Shown: in pieces, positions 1 through 10,453 of the stretch
Layout: each line of letters opens with the position of its first letter
Numbering within the stretch: the first letter of the stretch is position 1
DNA from: a bacterium
GTDB taxonomy: Bacteria; UBA8248; JACPRG01; G963555815
Assembly (NCBI GenBank): GCA_963555815.3
Contig: CAUVWX020000002.1
Span: 576,001 to 640,000, forward strand
Direction of reading: 5' to 3'
Length of the DNA: 64,000 bases
Made by a program: the position numbers and the translations under genes
Notes under the pieces: model-generated
What the model saw: the letters and a program-made list of their open reading frames with translations, nothing else
Database searches by the model: none
Told to the model about the DNA's origin: nothing

Positions 1-570
1 CTTCCCAAATCCGATGCCAGGGTCCAGGATGAGATTTCGGATCCCCGCCTTGTCGGCAAGCCTCGCTTGGCCGTCGAGATACGCCTTCACCTCCTCCACG
101 ACGTCGTCATAGCGGGGAGAGCGCTGCATGGTCTGAGGCTCTCCCTGCATGTGCATAATAACGGCGCTGGCCCCAAAACCCCCGATGACCTCCCGAAGGG
201 CAGGATCTCTTAAGCCTCGGACATCATTGATGAGCGGGACCCCTCGGGCCAGGACCTCCTCCGCAACCTTGGGCTTAGAGGTGTCCACGGAGATGAGAAG
301 AGAGGGGTCCTTCAGGAGGGGTTCGAGAACCGGAAGGAGACGGTCGAGCTCCTCCTCGGCCTCAATGAGGTGGGCCCCCGGCCGGGTCGACTCCGCCCCC
401 AGGTCCAGGATGGCCGCCCCTTCTTCGGACATCTCTCTCGCTCGCCTGAGGGCATCTTCGGGGCGCACATAGAGACCCCCGTCGGAGAAAGAGTCGGGCG
501 TGAGATTGAGGGCGCCCATCACCTTCGGAGGCTTGAGGGAGAGCGAGCGACCCCACAGATGAAACTTCAT
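1..570 (-). CDS. folP: dihydropteroate synthase (5' part; runs off window edge)
   Basis: Not in ORF track. Minus strand from ATG at 570 reads MKFHLWGRSLSLKPPKVMGALNLTPDSFSDGG, later GAESTRPG, ISVDT and MHMQG; directly downstream of folC. Confidence 0.93.
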   Translation of the reverse strand, partial: MKFHLWGRSLSLKPPKVMGALNLTPDSFSDGGLYVRPEDALRRAREMSEEGAAILDLGAESTRPGAHLIEAEEELDRLLPVLEPLLKDPSLLISVDTSKPKVAEEVLARGVPLINDVRGLRDPALREVIGGFGASAVIMHMQGEPQTMQRSPRYDDVVEEVKAYLDGQARLADKAGIRNLILDPGIGFGK

Positions 571-574
571 CTCT

Positions 575-1966
575 TCACGCCTCATGGGGATAGAGGCTCC
601 CGGTGGCCAGGATCTCCTCCAAGGGGTGCCAGTGCTCTCTGAGCTCTCCGACCAGGAAAAGGGAGCCGGTGACACAGATGAGGTCTTCCTGGCCGGCTGC
701 GTTCAGGGCCGCATCCAGGGCGTCAAAGGGGTCCAGGAAGACCCCGGCCACCGGGGCGAACTTCCCGCAGAGTTGGGCGAGCCTCTCAGGAGGACATGGC
801 GGCCGCGGGGGGGAAGTGGGGCGCGTCACGAAGACTCCGGCGCTCCCCGGGGCCAGGACTCTTGCGATCCCCTCGACGTCTTTGTCGCCGAGGACGCCCA
901 GGACCAGGTAGCGACGCTTGGGTGAGAAAAGGTTTAGAGCTTCTCGAAAGGCCGATGCCTTGTCGAGGTTATGGGCCCCGTCCAGGATGACCCGGGGGGC
1001 CTCCTGGACGCACTCCATTCGGCCAGGGAGCCTGGCCCCCAGAAGCCCTCGGCGGATGGCCGAAGCCGGAAGACCGAGGAGCTGGGCGGCCGCAGCGGCA
1101 AGGGCCCCATTTTGAGCCTGATGGGCTCCCCCCATTTTTAGTTCGAGCCCTCGCATGGGCTCAAGCCCACAGGCCTCCAGATGAAACCGTGTGCTTGACG
1201 GCGTTGTCCCCTCAAGGGCCACCCCCTCCGCCAGGGAGAAGAGCCTGGCGCCTCGGCTGGCACAGGTCGCCTCGATGACCTTTCGGGCGGGGCCCTCCTT
1301 CACGCCAGTCAAGACCAGTCCACCGGGTTTAATAATCCCCGCCTTTTCTTTAGCGACCTCTTCCTCGGTCTTTCCCAGGATATCTGTGTGATCCAGTCCA
1401 ATGTTGGTGATGACGGTGATCGCGGATCTCGGGAAGACGTTGGTGGCATCCAGGCTTCCCCCGAGTCCCACCTCGAGGATAGCCCGTCGGCACCCCTCTT
1501 CATAAAAGCAGAGGAGGGCAAGCCCCAGCGTCGCCTCAAAATAGGAGGGGATCCCAAAGGGGCCCTCCCGATGCGCCCGAAGAAGGGTGGGCTTGAGCGT
1601 CTGGACGAGCTCCACCAGCCGGGACGCCTGGACCATCCGGCCGTCTATCCAGATGCGCTCCAGAAGAGTCGTCACATGAGGGGAGAAGAAGGCCCCGGTG
1701 GGGCCGACCTTCGGGGCCTCCCTGAAGATGGAAGCCAGCATGGCGCAGACGGAGCCTTTGCCGCTCGTCCCACCCACATGAATGACCTCGAGTCCATCGA
1801 AGGAGAGACCCATGGAGTCCAAAAAATCCTCCATCCGCCTGAGACCAATGACAAAAGGTCTCCCCTTTCCAGCCGGGTAGTCCCGGTGGTCATGCTGGAC
1901 CAGGTCCGAGAGGGAATCCAGCCAGCGGATCGTGCGGTGATAGTCGAGAAAGGGCCTGGAACTCAT
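575..1966 (-). CDS. folC: dihydrofolate/folylpolyglutamate synthase
   Basis: HVGGTSGKGS P-loop, LEVGLGGSLDATNV, LDHTDILG, LPGRME, ILDGAHN, GSLFLVGE motifs. Confidence 0.95.
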   Translation of the reverse strand: MSSRPFLDYHRTIRWLDSLSDLVQHDHRDYPAGKGRPFVIGLRRMEDFLDSMGLSFDGLEVIHVGGTSGKGSVCAMLASIFREAPKVGPTGAFFSPHVTTLLERIWIDGRMVQASRLVELVQTLKPTLLRAHREGPFGIPSYFEATLGLALLCFYEEGCRRAILEVGLGGSLDATNVFPRSAITVITNIGLDHTDILGKTEEEVAKEKAGIIKPGGLVLTGVKEGPARKVIEATCASRGARLFSLAEGVALEGTTPSSTRFHLEACGLEPMRGLELKMGGAHQAQNGALAAAAAQLLGLPASAIRRGLLGARLPGRMECVQEAPRVILDGAHNLDKASAFREALNLFSPKRRYLVLGVLGDKDVEGIARVLAPGSAGVFVTRPTSPPRPPCPPERLAQLCGKFAPVAGVFLDPFDALDAALNAAGQEDLICVTGSLFLVGELREHWHPLEEILATGSLYPHEA

Positions 1967-2006
1967 CCCGGGCCTTCCCTGAATCGAAGCACAATGAATG
2001 GCGGCC

Positions 2007-3590
2007 TTAATGGCGAAAATGTCTCATCCGGGTGAGGACCATCACGATCCCCGCCTCGTCTGCGGCCCGGACGACCTCCTCATCGCGGATGGAGCCGCCG
2101 GGCTGGACGATGGTTTTAATACCGGCCCTGGCGGCCTCGTCAACCCCGTCCCGAAAGGGGAAAAACCCGTCGGAGGCAAGGGCAGCGCCCGACAGAAGGC
2201 GTTCATGTCTCTCCTGGGCCTTCCTGATGGAGAGCTTTACGGCGTCCACTCGACTCATCTGTCCGGCCCCGATCCCAATGGTAGCCATGCCTCCCTCCGG
2301 GACCCTGGCGGCCAGGACGATGGCGTTGGACTTCACGTGCTTTGAAACCTGCCAGACAAATTCAAGGAGGGAAAGGGCCTCAGGAGATGGTTTCTGACGG
2401 GTGGGAATTTCCGCCCCTTTGAGGTCGACATCTCCCCGGTCACACTCCTGAAGGAGGAGGCCCCCGAGAACAGATCGCAACTCTGTTCTCTCTTCACCCA
2501 ATGGCCCGTCTGCCAGACCCGGGAGACGGAAGATTCTCAGATTTCGCTTCTTTCGGATAACCTTCAGGGCTGCGGGCGCAAAATCCGGCGCCGCCAGGAC
2601 CTCAAGAAAGCCCTCTGCCAGAATCTTCGCCCCCTCCTCCTCAAGCGGCCGGTTCACAGCCACCACGCCCCCATAGGCCGAAACTGGATCGCAGTTGAGC
2701 GCGTGGCGAAGGGCGGGGGTCGGGCCTTCGGCCGTTGCCGCCCCACAGGGGTTCCCGTGTTTAATGGCGGCGGCAGAAGGCCTCTGAAACTCCCGAACCA
2801 GAGAGACGGCGGCATCCAGATCGAGGAGGTTATTGTAGGAAAGCTCTTTTCCCCCCAGAAGCTCCCCATCTGCCAGAGAGAGGCCAGGCCCCTCGGTCCG
2901 GTACCAAGCCCCCGCCTGGTGAGGGTTTTCGCCGTAGCGAAGAAGACTGAGTCTTTGGAAACCCAGTGAGAGGACATCAGGGAGAGGATCTTTTGCCCCG
3001 GCGAGGACCTGGCCGATCAGGGCGTCGTAGGCCGAAATCTTCTGAAAGGCCTTCGCCGCAAGGCGCCTTCTCACTTCTAAGGGTGGACCCGCTGGCCCTT
3101 TTTTGAGATGGGCCATGACCTCGGAGTAATCGTCAGGCTCTGAGAGGACGAGGACTCGAGAATGATTTTTCGCCGCCGCTCGAAGGAGGGAAACCCCGCC
3201 GATATCAATGAACTCCAGGAGCTCCTCTGTGAGGGGGTTTTTATGGCCGGCCCGCAAAAACTCCTCGGCCTTCTCCTGAAATGGATAGAGGTTGACGGCG
3301 ATGAGGTCGATGGGAGGAAGATCTTGTCCCGGGCCTTTAGGCTCTTGCTCCCTTCGGTGAAGGATGCCCCCAAAAATCTTGGGGTGGAGAGTCTTTACCC
3401 TTCCCCCAAGGATCTCGGGCTCCCCTGTGAAGTCGGAGACCCTGCTCACCTCAAGACCTGAGGATTCTAAAAGTTTATACGTCCCCCCTGTCGAGACGAC
3501 CTCCGCCCCGTGGTCCACAAGGGCCCGGGCGAGGTCCACGACCCCTCTTTTGTCATAGACGCTGAGGAGCGCCCTCTGAACCCAGCTCAA
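2007..3590 (-). CDS. purH: bifunctional AICAR transformylase/IMP cyclohydrolase
   Basis: RALLSVYDK, GRVKTLHP, LRYGENPHQ, KHGNPCG, GQMSRVDA, C-terminal RHFRH. Confidence 0.97.
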   Translation of the reverse strand: MSWVQRALLSVYDKRGVVDLARALVDHGAEVVSTGGTYKLLESSGLEVSRVSDFTGEPEILGGRVKTLHPKIFGGILHRREQEPKGPGQDLPPIDLIAVNLYPFQEKAEEFLRAGHKNPLTEELLEFIDIGGVSLLRAAAKNHSRVLVLSEPDDYSEVMAHLKKGPAGPPLEVRRRLAAKAFQKISAYDALIGQVLAGAKDPLPDVLSLGFQRLSLLRYGENPHQAGAWYRTEGPGLSLADGELLGGKELSYNNLLDLDAAVSLVREFQRPSAAAIKHGNPCGAATAEGPTPALRHALNCDPVSAYGGVVAVNRPLEEEGAKILAEGFLEVLAAPDFAPAALKVIRKKRNLRIFRLPGLADGPLGEERTELRSVLGGLLLQECDRGDVDLKGAEIPTRQKPSPEALSLLEFVWQVSKHVKSNAIVLAARVPEGGMATIGIGAGQMSRVDAVKLSIRKAQERHERLLSGAALASDGFFPFRDGVDEAARAGIKTIVQPGGSIRDEEVVRAADEAGIVMVLTRMRHFRH

Positions 3591-3614
3591 GGGGATATTC
3601 TCTCCTATAGGACC

Positions 3615-4820
3615 CTACACCGTGTCGGCCCGGTAGCCTTCATCGGCCAGGCGCTCCAGCAGCTGGTCCAGATGGTCCCAGCCCCTGACCTCGACATGGA
3701 GCTCGACCAGGGTCTGCCCCACAGGGAGGTCCGGGCGGGTCCGGTCATGCTGAATGTGGAGGATGTTAGCACGGGCGGCCCCCAACACCTTCCCGAGCCG
3801 GCCCAGGGTGCCCGGGTGGTCTGAAAGCTCGACCCGGATTCTGGCGAAGCGGCCGGACCGGACGAGTCCCCGCTCAATGACCCGGGAGAGGAGATTGACA
3901 TCTACATTTCCGCCGCTCACGAGGAGGAGAACAGGGTCGTCGCCGGGGATCTTGCCGTCCAGGAGGGCCGCCAGTCCCACCGCCCCCGCCCCTTCCACCA
4001 CCGTCTTCTCCCGCTCGAGGAAGGTCAGGATGGCCTGGGCGATGGTGTCTTCATCAACCGCCACGATGGCATCGACCCATTGGGTGATGAGGGCAAAAGC
4101 CTGCTCTCCCACGCGGCGGACCGCGATACCGTCGGCCATGGTATGAGAGAAAGAGGTCTCCACACGTTCTCCCGACCGAAAGGAGAGGGCGGGGCTCGGG
4201 GCCTCTGCGGCGCACACACCGATCACCCGCACATCCGGGCGCTCTATCTTCAGGGCGAGGGAGACCCCCCCGATAAGTCCTCCCCCACCGACGGGGACCA
4301 CGACGCTCCCCACCTCCGGGGCCTCCTTCAGGATTTCGAGCCCCACTGTCCCCTGCCCCGCGATGACCGCTTCGTCGTCAAAGGCGTGAAGGAACACCCT
4401 TTCCTCCTCGGCCGCCAGAGAGAGGGCGCGATCGAAGGCCTCCTCATAGGTCGCCCCGGCGAGAAGGGTCTTCGCCCCCCCCTCCCGCAGCCCCTGAAGC
4501 TTTGCCTGAGGGGTCTCCTCTGGCATGACGATGAGGGCCGACGTGCCAAAGGCCAACGCCGCCTGCGCCACCCCCCGGGCGTGGTTCCCAGCCGAGGCCG
4601 CGACGACCCCCCGAGATCGCTCGGCGGGCGAAAGGGTGGCCATCCGGTTGAAGGCCCCGCGAATCTTGAAGGACCCCGTCACCTGGCGATGTTCGGGCTT
4701 CAGGTAGACCGGGCGGCGGCAAAGGGTCGAAAGCTCATGGGCCCTCTCAACGGGGGTCGGCCGAAGAACCTCCTTGAGGCGTTCGGCCGCCGCATAGATG
4801 TCATCGGGAAAGGTCACCAA
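3615..4820 (-). CDS. ilvA: threonine ammonia-lyase with C-terminal ACT domain
   Basis: GSFKIRGA PLP lysine, SAGNHA, VGGGGL, SGGNVD, short ACT domain (SDHPGTL). Confidence 0.9.
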   Translation of the reverse strand: MVTFPDDIYAAAERLKEVLRPTPVERAHELSTLCRRPVYLKPEHRQVTGSFKIRGAFNRMATLSPAERSRGVVAASAGNHARGVAQAALAFGTSALIVMPEETPQAKLQGLREGGAKTLLAGATYEEAFDRALSLAAEEERVFLHAFDDEAVIAGQGTVGLEILKEAPEVGSVVVPVGGGGLIGGVSLALKIERPDVRVIGVCAAEAPSPALSFRSGERVETSFSHTMADGIAVRRVGEQAFALITQWVDAIVAVDEDTIAQAILTFLEREKTVVEGAGAVGLAALLDGKIPGDDPVLLLVSGGNVDVNLLSRVIERGLVRSGRFARIRVELSDHPGTLGRLGKVLGAARANILHIQHDRTRPDLPVGQTLVELHVEVRGWDHLDQLLERLADEGYRADTV

Positions 4821-4959
4821 TGTCCTCGCCTCTAAAAATCAGGGCGGACAGCGCCCTTCTTGAAATCCTGTGTCGTTCGGTTAAGTATAATGCCACTTCT
4901 TGTCCCTCTTGAGTAGACGAGCGGGGGGGCAGTTGAGGGGGGGTGCCTGATGGGCGCCC

Positions 4960-5634
4960 TTGGAGATGGGGACCATGCGAAAGAAGGCTCGGAATTCCTT
5001 CTGCTTCTCCGGGTGCTTTGAGCTCCGGGAGATCCTGGGGAAGGCGGCCTGGGACACGAGGGAGCTCCTGGAATTCTTGGAGGAGGTCCCCGAGGATTCC
5101 GTCTATTACCACACCCACAGCTATTTCCTGCGCCATCCCTATATCGCAGGTTTCTATCCCAATGATTTCGCTCATTGGGCAGCCACTCAGGTGGGAGACA
5201 AGGTGCTGGCGGAGCGTCTGGCCGTTCTCCTTCCCCGCGATTTTCTTGACCTGGAAGGCCTGCGAAACGCCATGCTCAACGTCCTGGACCAACACCTCTC
5301 ACACCTCGACCTCGTCTCGCGGGTCGCCTATGGGGAAGCCTTTCATTTTATGCGGTCCACAATGCGCAAGGTGGATACAGGCCTTGAGGCACGGAATCTG
5401 AAGACCTTCCGGGAGATCCTGGCGGGTGTGGACCTCAGCGTCATCTTTTTCCATACCTTTGAAGCCTGGTTCCGCCACGGGCGCATGGAAGGAGATTTCG
5501 CCATCTGGCTCGATGAGGAGCTGGGCCTGAGGGAGCTCCGCCAGCGGATTGCCCAGTTGGACCCTTACGCCATGAGCCTGGAGGGATACCGAAAGAGGCT
5601 CCTCGCCCTCTGTGACGAATACAGGAAGGCTTGA
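4960..5634 (+). CDS. DUF5752-like protein (usual neighbour of TreT-type trehalose synthase)
   Basis: Two internal repeats (YYHT...NDFAHW / FFHT...GDFAIW) and position directly upstream of a TreT-like glycosyltransferase; family assignment from memory. Confidence 0.75.
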   Translation: MEMGTMRKKARNSFCFSGCFELREILGKAAWDTRELLEFLEEVPEDSVYYHTHSYFLRHPYIAGFYPNDFAHWAATQVGDKVLAERLAVLLPRDFLDLEGLRNAMLNVLDQHLSHLDLVSRVAYGEAFHFMRSTMRKVDTGLEARNLKTFREILAGVDLSVIFFHTFEAWFRHGRMEGDFAIWLDEELGLRELRQRIAQLDPYAMSLEGYRKRLLALCDEYRKA

Positions 5635-5639
5635 CAGGG

Positions 5640-6855
5640 ATGGCCATCGATCTTGAGCAGTATCGGGAGGTGACCCTGCCGGGGACCGTGGATCTCCTCT
5701 ACCGGCTGAGCGATGCCGCCCGGGGAAAAAGCTTCCTCCGCGTGAACTCCACGCGCCATGGAGGCGGGGTGGCGGAGATCCTCCACCGCCTGGTCCCCCT
5801 CCTTCAGGAGCTCGGGATAAAAACCCGTTGGGAGGTCATGGAGGGAGATGAGGAATTATTCTCCGTCACCAAACGCATGCACAATTGCATTCAGGGGGCG
5901 GAGCAGACCATCCCGGAGTCTCTGCTGAAGGCCTACTCGGCATGCAACCGGCGCAACATTGCCCGGATGGATCTGAGGGCCGACATGGTCTGCATCCACG
6001 ACCCTCAGCCGGCGGCCCTCGTGGAGGGACGTCGGGGCCGCGACCGCTGGCTGTGGCGCTGCCACATTGATTGCTCCCGCCCTCAGCGTCGCACATGGAA
6101 TTTCCTCCGCCAGTTCGTCGTCCGCTACGACGCCGCCATCTTCTCCCTGCCCAGATTAGCTCATTCCCTTCCCATCCCTCAATTTCTCGTCTATCCCACC
6201 ATCGACCCCCTCAGCGACAAAAACCGGCCTCTCTCTAAGCGGGAGGTGAACAAGCGGCTTAAGGCGCTCGGCATCCCCCAGGATAAGCCCATCGTCCTTC
6301 AGGTCTCCCGCTTCGACCGTTTTAAGGACCCTATCGGCGTTATCTCGGCCTTCCAGAAGGTCCGAGGGCACACTGACTGCAGACTGGTGCTGGCGGGCGG
6401 AGGAGCCGAGGACGACCCTGAGGGGCGCTCAGGTCCTCACGGAGGTCAAAGAGGCCGCGGGAGAGGATCCTGACATTCACATCCTTGTCCTCCCCCCTTC
6501 GGCTCACCTAGACATCAATGCCCTTCAGCGGGCAGCTGCGCTGGTCCTACAGAAGTCGACCCGAGAAGGGTTCGGCCTCACCGTCACCGAGGCCTTATGG
6601 AATGGAAAACCCGTCATCGGAGGGGCCACGGGGGGGATCATGGTCCAGGTCATACCGGGTGTGACCGGGTATCTCGTCAACTCCGTGGAGGGGGCCGCCT
6701 TCTACATCCGAAAACTCTTGAACGACCCTTCCCTCTGCCGCACCTTGGGAGAAAACGCCAGAGAATACGTTCGAAGTAACTTCCTGATCACCCGTGTCCT
6801 GGGAGACTATCTCATCCTGATGACTTCTTTGAAGCAAAAATCCCGGAAACGTTAG
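5640..6855 (+). pseudogene. treT: TreT-like trehalose synthase (GT4 glycosyltransferase), +1 frameshift at ~6422-6425
   Basis: NSTRHGGGVAEIL, IHDPQP, WRCHID, QVSRFDRFKDP. Removing one G from gaggggcgct restores DDPEG-AQVLTEVKEAAGEDPDIHIL...QKSTREGFGLTVTEALWNGKPVIG and joins ORF 6640..6855. Confidence 0.85.
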
Positions 6856-7255
6856 GGGTCCGCTTTTGCCCTGTGTCGTTGGCCCCTGTCGAATAACGGG
6901 ATTTTTCAAAGAGGTGCCTAAAGATCGGTCGGCCTGTTGAATGCTAAAAAATATCAGTAGGTTCCTTTCCTTTTCCCCAGCTTTATCCCCAGGTAATCCA
7001 CAGCAAACGGGGAAAACACCGAAAACCCAAGGGTTCGGAAGGTCTTAGAGGAAGGAACATCACGTCCCATATTGAGGATGGAGTCCACCACAAAAACTGT
7101 TCTAGACCTCTCTGCCAGAGGCGGGTGAGAGTTCCTGGATACCGAGGATGGATCTGCCGGAATCGAAGTTTGGGCGCTGTTTGAACCGCCAGATCGCGAA
7201 ATCTGTCTACCCCCTGTCTACCCCAAGGTGCGGGAGGAATTCGCCCCCGGCTACA

Positions 7256-7284
7256 TTGACAGCGGACGGCAGCCTTTCTATATT
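7256..7284 (+). promoter_or_regulatory. sigma-70-type promoter of leuA
   Basis: TTGACA (7256-7261), 17-bp spacer, TATATT (7279-7284). Confidence 0.65.
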
Positions 7285-7352
7285 CTGAGGGTTACGGAGC
7301 TTTCGATAAATCTCCGCGCCAGGAAATGTGGTCCTGGCCAGAGGGAGGACGC

Positions 7353-8864
7353 ATGCGGGAGCAGGTTTACATCTTCGACACCACCCTTCGGGACGGAGAG
7401 CAGTCTCCCGGGGCCAGCATGGATGCCCAGGAGAAGCTCGATCTCGCTCTTCAGCTCGAAAGGCTCAAGGTGGATGTCATCGAGGCTGGCTTTCCCATCG
7501 CCTCTCAGGGAGAGTTTGAGGCCGTCCGCGAGGTCGCCCGGCATGTCAAGGACTGCCAAGTGGCGGGTCTGACCCGGACCCGGCGGGCGGAGATCGACCG
7601 GACCTGGGAAGCCCTAAAGGAGGCCGAGGCCCCCCGCATTCACACTTTTATCGCCACTTCGGACATTCACCTCCACCATAAGCTCCGGATGACTCGAGAG
7701 CAGGTTCTCTCCGAGGCCGTCGAGGCTGTCCGGCACGCCAGGAAATACTGTGAAAATGTGGAGTTCTCCCCGGAGGATGCCTCACGGACCAATGTGGACT
7801 TCCTCTGCGAAGTCATCCGGGCGACGATTGAGGCTGGGGCCAAGACCATCAACGTCCCAGACACAACAGGTTACGCGATCCCCGAGGAAACGGCCCAAAT
7901 GTGGCATTCCATCTTCGAGCGAGTGCCGATCCACGAAGGGGTTGTCTTCAGCACCCACTGCCATGACGACCTCGGCCTTGCCGTCGCCAACAGCCTTGCA
8001 GCCATCCAGGCGGGGGTCAGGCAGGTGGAATGCACAGTGAACGGGATTGGCGAGCGGGCCGGAAACGCCTCCCTGGAGGAGGTGGCGATGGCCATCAAAA
8101 CCCGGGAGGACTTTCTACCCTTTTTCACCCGCATCAAGTCCGAGGAGATCTACCGAACGAGCCGGCTTCTCAGTAGCCTGACCGGCCTCGCCATCCCCAG
8201 ACACAAGGCCATCGTCGGAAAGAACGCCTTCGCCCACGAGGCAGGCATCCACCAGCATGGGGTCATTCAGAAGGCCCTCACCTACGAGATCATGAGGCCC
8301 GAGTGGGTCGGGCGAAGTGACAGCACCCTGGTCCTCGGAAAACACTCCGGGCGCCATGGCCTTCGCAAACGATACAGTGAACTGGGGCATGAGCTCACAG
8401 AAGAGCAGCTGAACGAAATCTACCCCCGGTTTCTGAGGGTGGCCGACAAGAAGAAGGAGGTCTATGACGATGACCTCCTCGCCATCCTGTCGGACGAGCT
8501 GAAAACCCACGCACAAAGATTCCAGTTGGAGTACCTCCACATCACCAGTGGGAGCCACGCCGTCCCGACCGCCACCGTGAAGCTGAGGGACGGGGAGCGT
8601 GTCCTCATGGAGACGGGAAACGGAGATGGGCCCGTGGAGGCCACCTTCAACGCCATCTCGAGCATCACTCAGCTCCCAGGCAAGCTCATGGACTACTCTG
8701 TCCATTCCGTCACCCGGGGAAAGGAAGCCCTCGGGGAGGTCTTCGTGAAGGTAGATTTTGGCGGAAAGGTGACGGGAGGAAAGGGGGCCAGCACGGACAT
8801 CATCGAGGCCAGCGCCAAGGCGTACCTCGATGCTCTCAACAAACACTTGGCAGGCGGTCGTTGA
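7353..8864 (+). CDS. leuA: 2-isopropylmalate synthase
   Basis: [38 protein letters not shown], regulatory domain; GGAGGA SD before ATG 7353. Confidence 0.97.
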   Translation: MREQVYIFDTTLRDGEQSPGASMDAQEKLDLALQLERLKVDVIEAGFPIASQGEFEAVREVARHVKDCQVAGLTRTRRAEIDRTWEALKEAEAPRIHTFIATSDIHLHHKLRMTREQVLSEAVEAVRHARKYCENVEFSPEDASRTNVDFLCEVIRATIEAGAKTINVPDTTGYAIPEETAQMWHSIFERVPIHEGVVFSTHCHDDLGLAVANSLAAIQAGVRQVECTVNGIGERAGNASLEEVAMAIKTREDFLPFFTRIKSEEIYRTSRLLSSLTGLAIPRHKAIVGKNAFAHEAGIHQHGVIQKALTYEIMRPEWVGRSDSTLVLGKHSGRHGLRKRYSELGHELTEEQLNEIYPRFLRVADKKKEVYDDDLLAILSDELKTHAQRFQLEYLHITSGSHAVPTATVKLRDGERVLMETGNGDGPVEATFNAISSITQLPGKLMDYSVHSVTRGKEALGEVFVKVDFGGKVTGGKGASTDIIEASAKAYLDALNKHLAGGR

Positions 8865-9210
8865 GAAAGCATGCGGCCCTAAAGCGGCGAACGAGACGGC
8901 CAGGAGCGGGCCCCCCCTCATCAAGGCGCGGCTCAGGCCCCGCGGCGCCCCCCCCCCCAGGAAGAGGCGTGTCTGGCTTGGAATTCCTGACATGACTCGC
9001 CTGGAACCGCGTCAGTTGTGGAAAAAAAGGGGTGGGGGTGAGAAAAAAGCCCTTCGGGAGGGTTGGAATTTTGCAACTATATGATTTTAAAAGCATTATT
9101 CCGTTGAACAAAAAATAGGCAATTCGGTTAAACTAAAGGAAAAATGAGGAGTTAGGAGCTATCGGGCCTAAGATTTCCGCAGGTTTTCCACAGGATCGGT
9201 GGAAAAGAGC

Positions 9211-10350
9211 ATGCCCCTGAACGCAGACCGATTCAACGGTGCTCAGCCCGAGGAGCAGGCCCCGGAGCGGGTCGTCATCGCCATGAGTGGCGGTGTCGAT
9301 AGCTCGGTGGCAGCTGCCCTCCTCAAGCGGGAGGGAAGAGAGGTCATCGGAATCGGGATGCACCTTTGGAATTATGAAGAGGATCGCCTCGCCTTTGACT
9401 CCTGCTGCTCTCCCTACGATGTCCTGGATGCCAGGGCCGTGGCGGGGCGTCTGGGCATTCCTTACTATCTACAGAATTATGAAGAGAGTTTCCGAGAGGA
9501 GGTCGTCGGTTATTTCATCGGCGAATACCAGGCCGGAAGGACGCCCAATCCCTGCGTCGCCTGTAACCAGCGCTTCAAGTTCTCCCACCTGCTGAGACGG
9601 GCGAAGGAACTCGGGGCCGACCAGGTCGCCACGGGGCACTATGCCCGCGTCAAATGGCTTCCCAGGGAGGACCGCCCCGGTCTGGGGGGCCGGTTCGGCC
9701 TCTTTCGGGGCAAGGATCCAGTTAAGGATCAGAGTTATTTCCTCTTCAGTCTGAACCAGCCCCAGCTCGAAAGGGCCCTCTTTCCCGTAGGGGACCTCAC
9801 GAAGGAGGAGGTCAGGGAGCTTGGCCGGGAGCTTGGCCTGAAGACGGCCGAAAAGCCCGAGAGCCAGGATATCTGCTTTGTGGCCGGTGGAGACCATAGC
9901 CGCTTCATCGAGGAGCAGACAGGCGTGGCCTCGGCCCCCGGGCCCATTGTGGATCGGGCTGGCAGAACCCTTGGTCAACACCAGGGGCTCACCCACTACA
10001 CAGTGGGGCAGCGAAAGGGGCTTGGCGTCTCGGCGAAGGCACCCCTTTATGTCCTCGAGCTCGATGGAGCCCGAAATCAAGTCGTAGTCGGAGAAAAAGC
10101 AGACCTCGAGCGCTCGGTCTTCACTGTCCGGGGCGTCAACTGGATCGCACCTCCAGGTGAGGAGAGCGGAGGAACCCGCGCCTGGGTCCAGATCCGCCAC
10201 CACCACACCCCTCAGCCAGCCCAGCTCCTTCCCATTGCGGGAGGGCGAGTCCAGGTCGAGTTTGAGGCCCCTGAGCGGGGCATCGCCCCAGGCCAGGCCG
10301 CCGTCTTCTACCGGGAAGATGAGATATTGGGCGGGGGATGGATCGAATAA
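9211..10350 (+). CDS. mnmA: tRNA 2-thiouridine(34) synthase
   Basis: AMSGGVDSS, TPNPCVACN, ATGHY, KDQSYFL, ESQDICF, APGQAAVFY; exact start uncertain (9199 or 9211). Confidence 0.96.
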   Translation: MPLNADRFNGAQPEEQAPERVVIAMSGGVDSSVAAALLKREGREVIGIGMHLWNYEEDRLAFDSCCSPYDVLDARAVAGRLGIPYYLQNYEESFREEVVGYFIGEYQAGRTPNPCVACNQRFKFSHLLRRAKELGADQVATGHYARVKWLPREDRPGLGGRFGLFRGKDPVKDQSYFLFSLNQPQLERALFPVGDLTKEEVRELGRELGLKTAEKPESQDICFVAGGDHSRFIEEQTGVASAPGPIVDRAGRTLGQHQGLTHYTVGQRKGLGVSAKAPLYVLELDGARNQVVVGEKADLERSVFTVRGVNWIAPPGEESGGTRAWVQIRHHHTPQPAQLLPIAGGRVQVEFEAPERGIAPGQAAVFYREDEILGGGWIE

Positions 10351-10453
10351 AAGGGAAAAGAGACCCCAATAACGACTTTCTGAAACCCCTCGGTCAATTC
10401 CTCGTCTTAGCCCCGTCGAATCCTCAATCTCTTTAATCCACGCAAACTGGACC

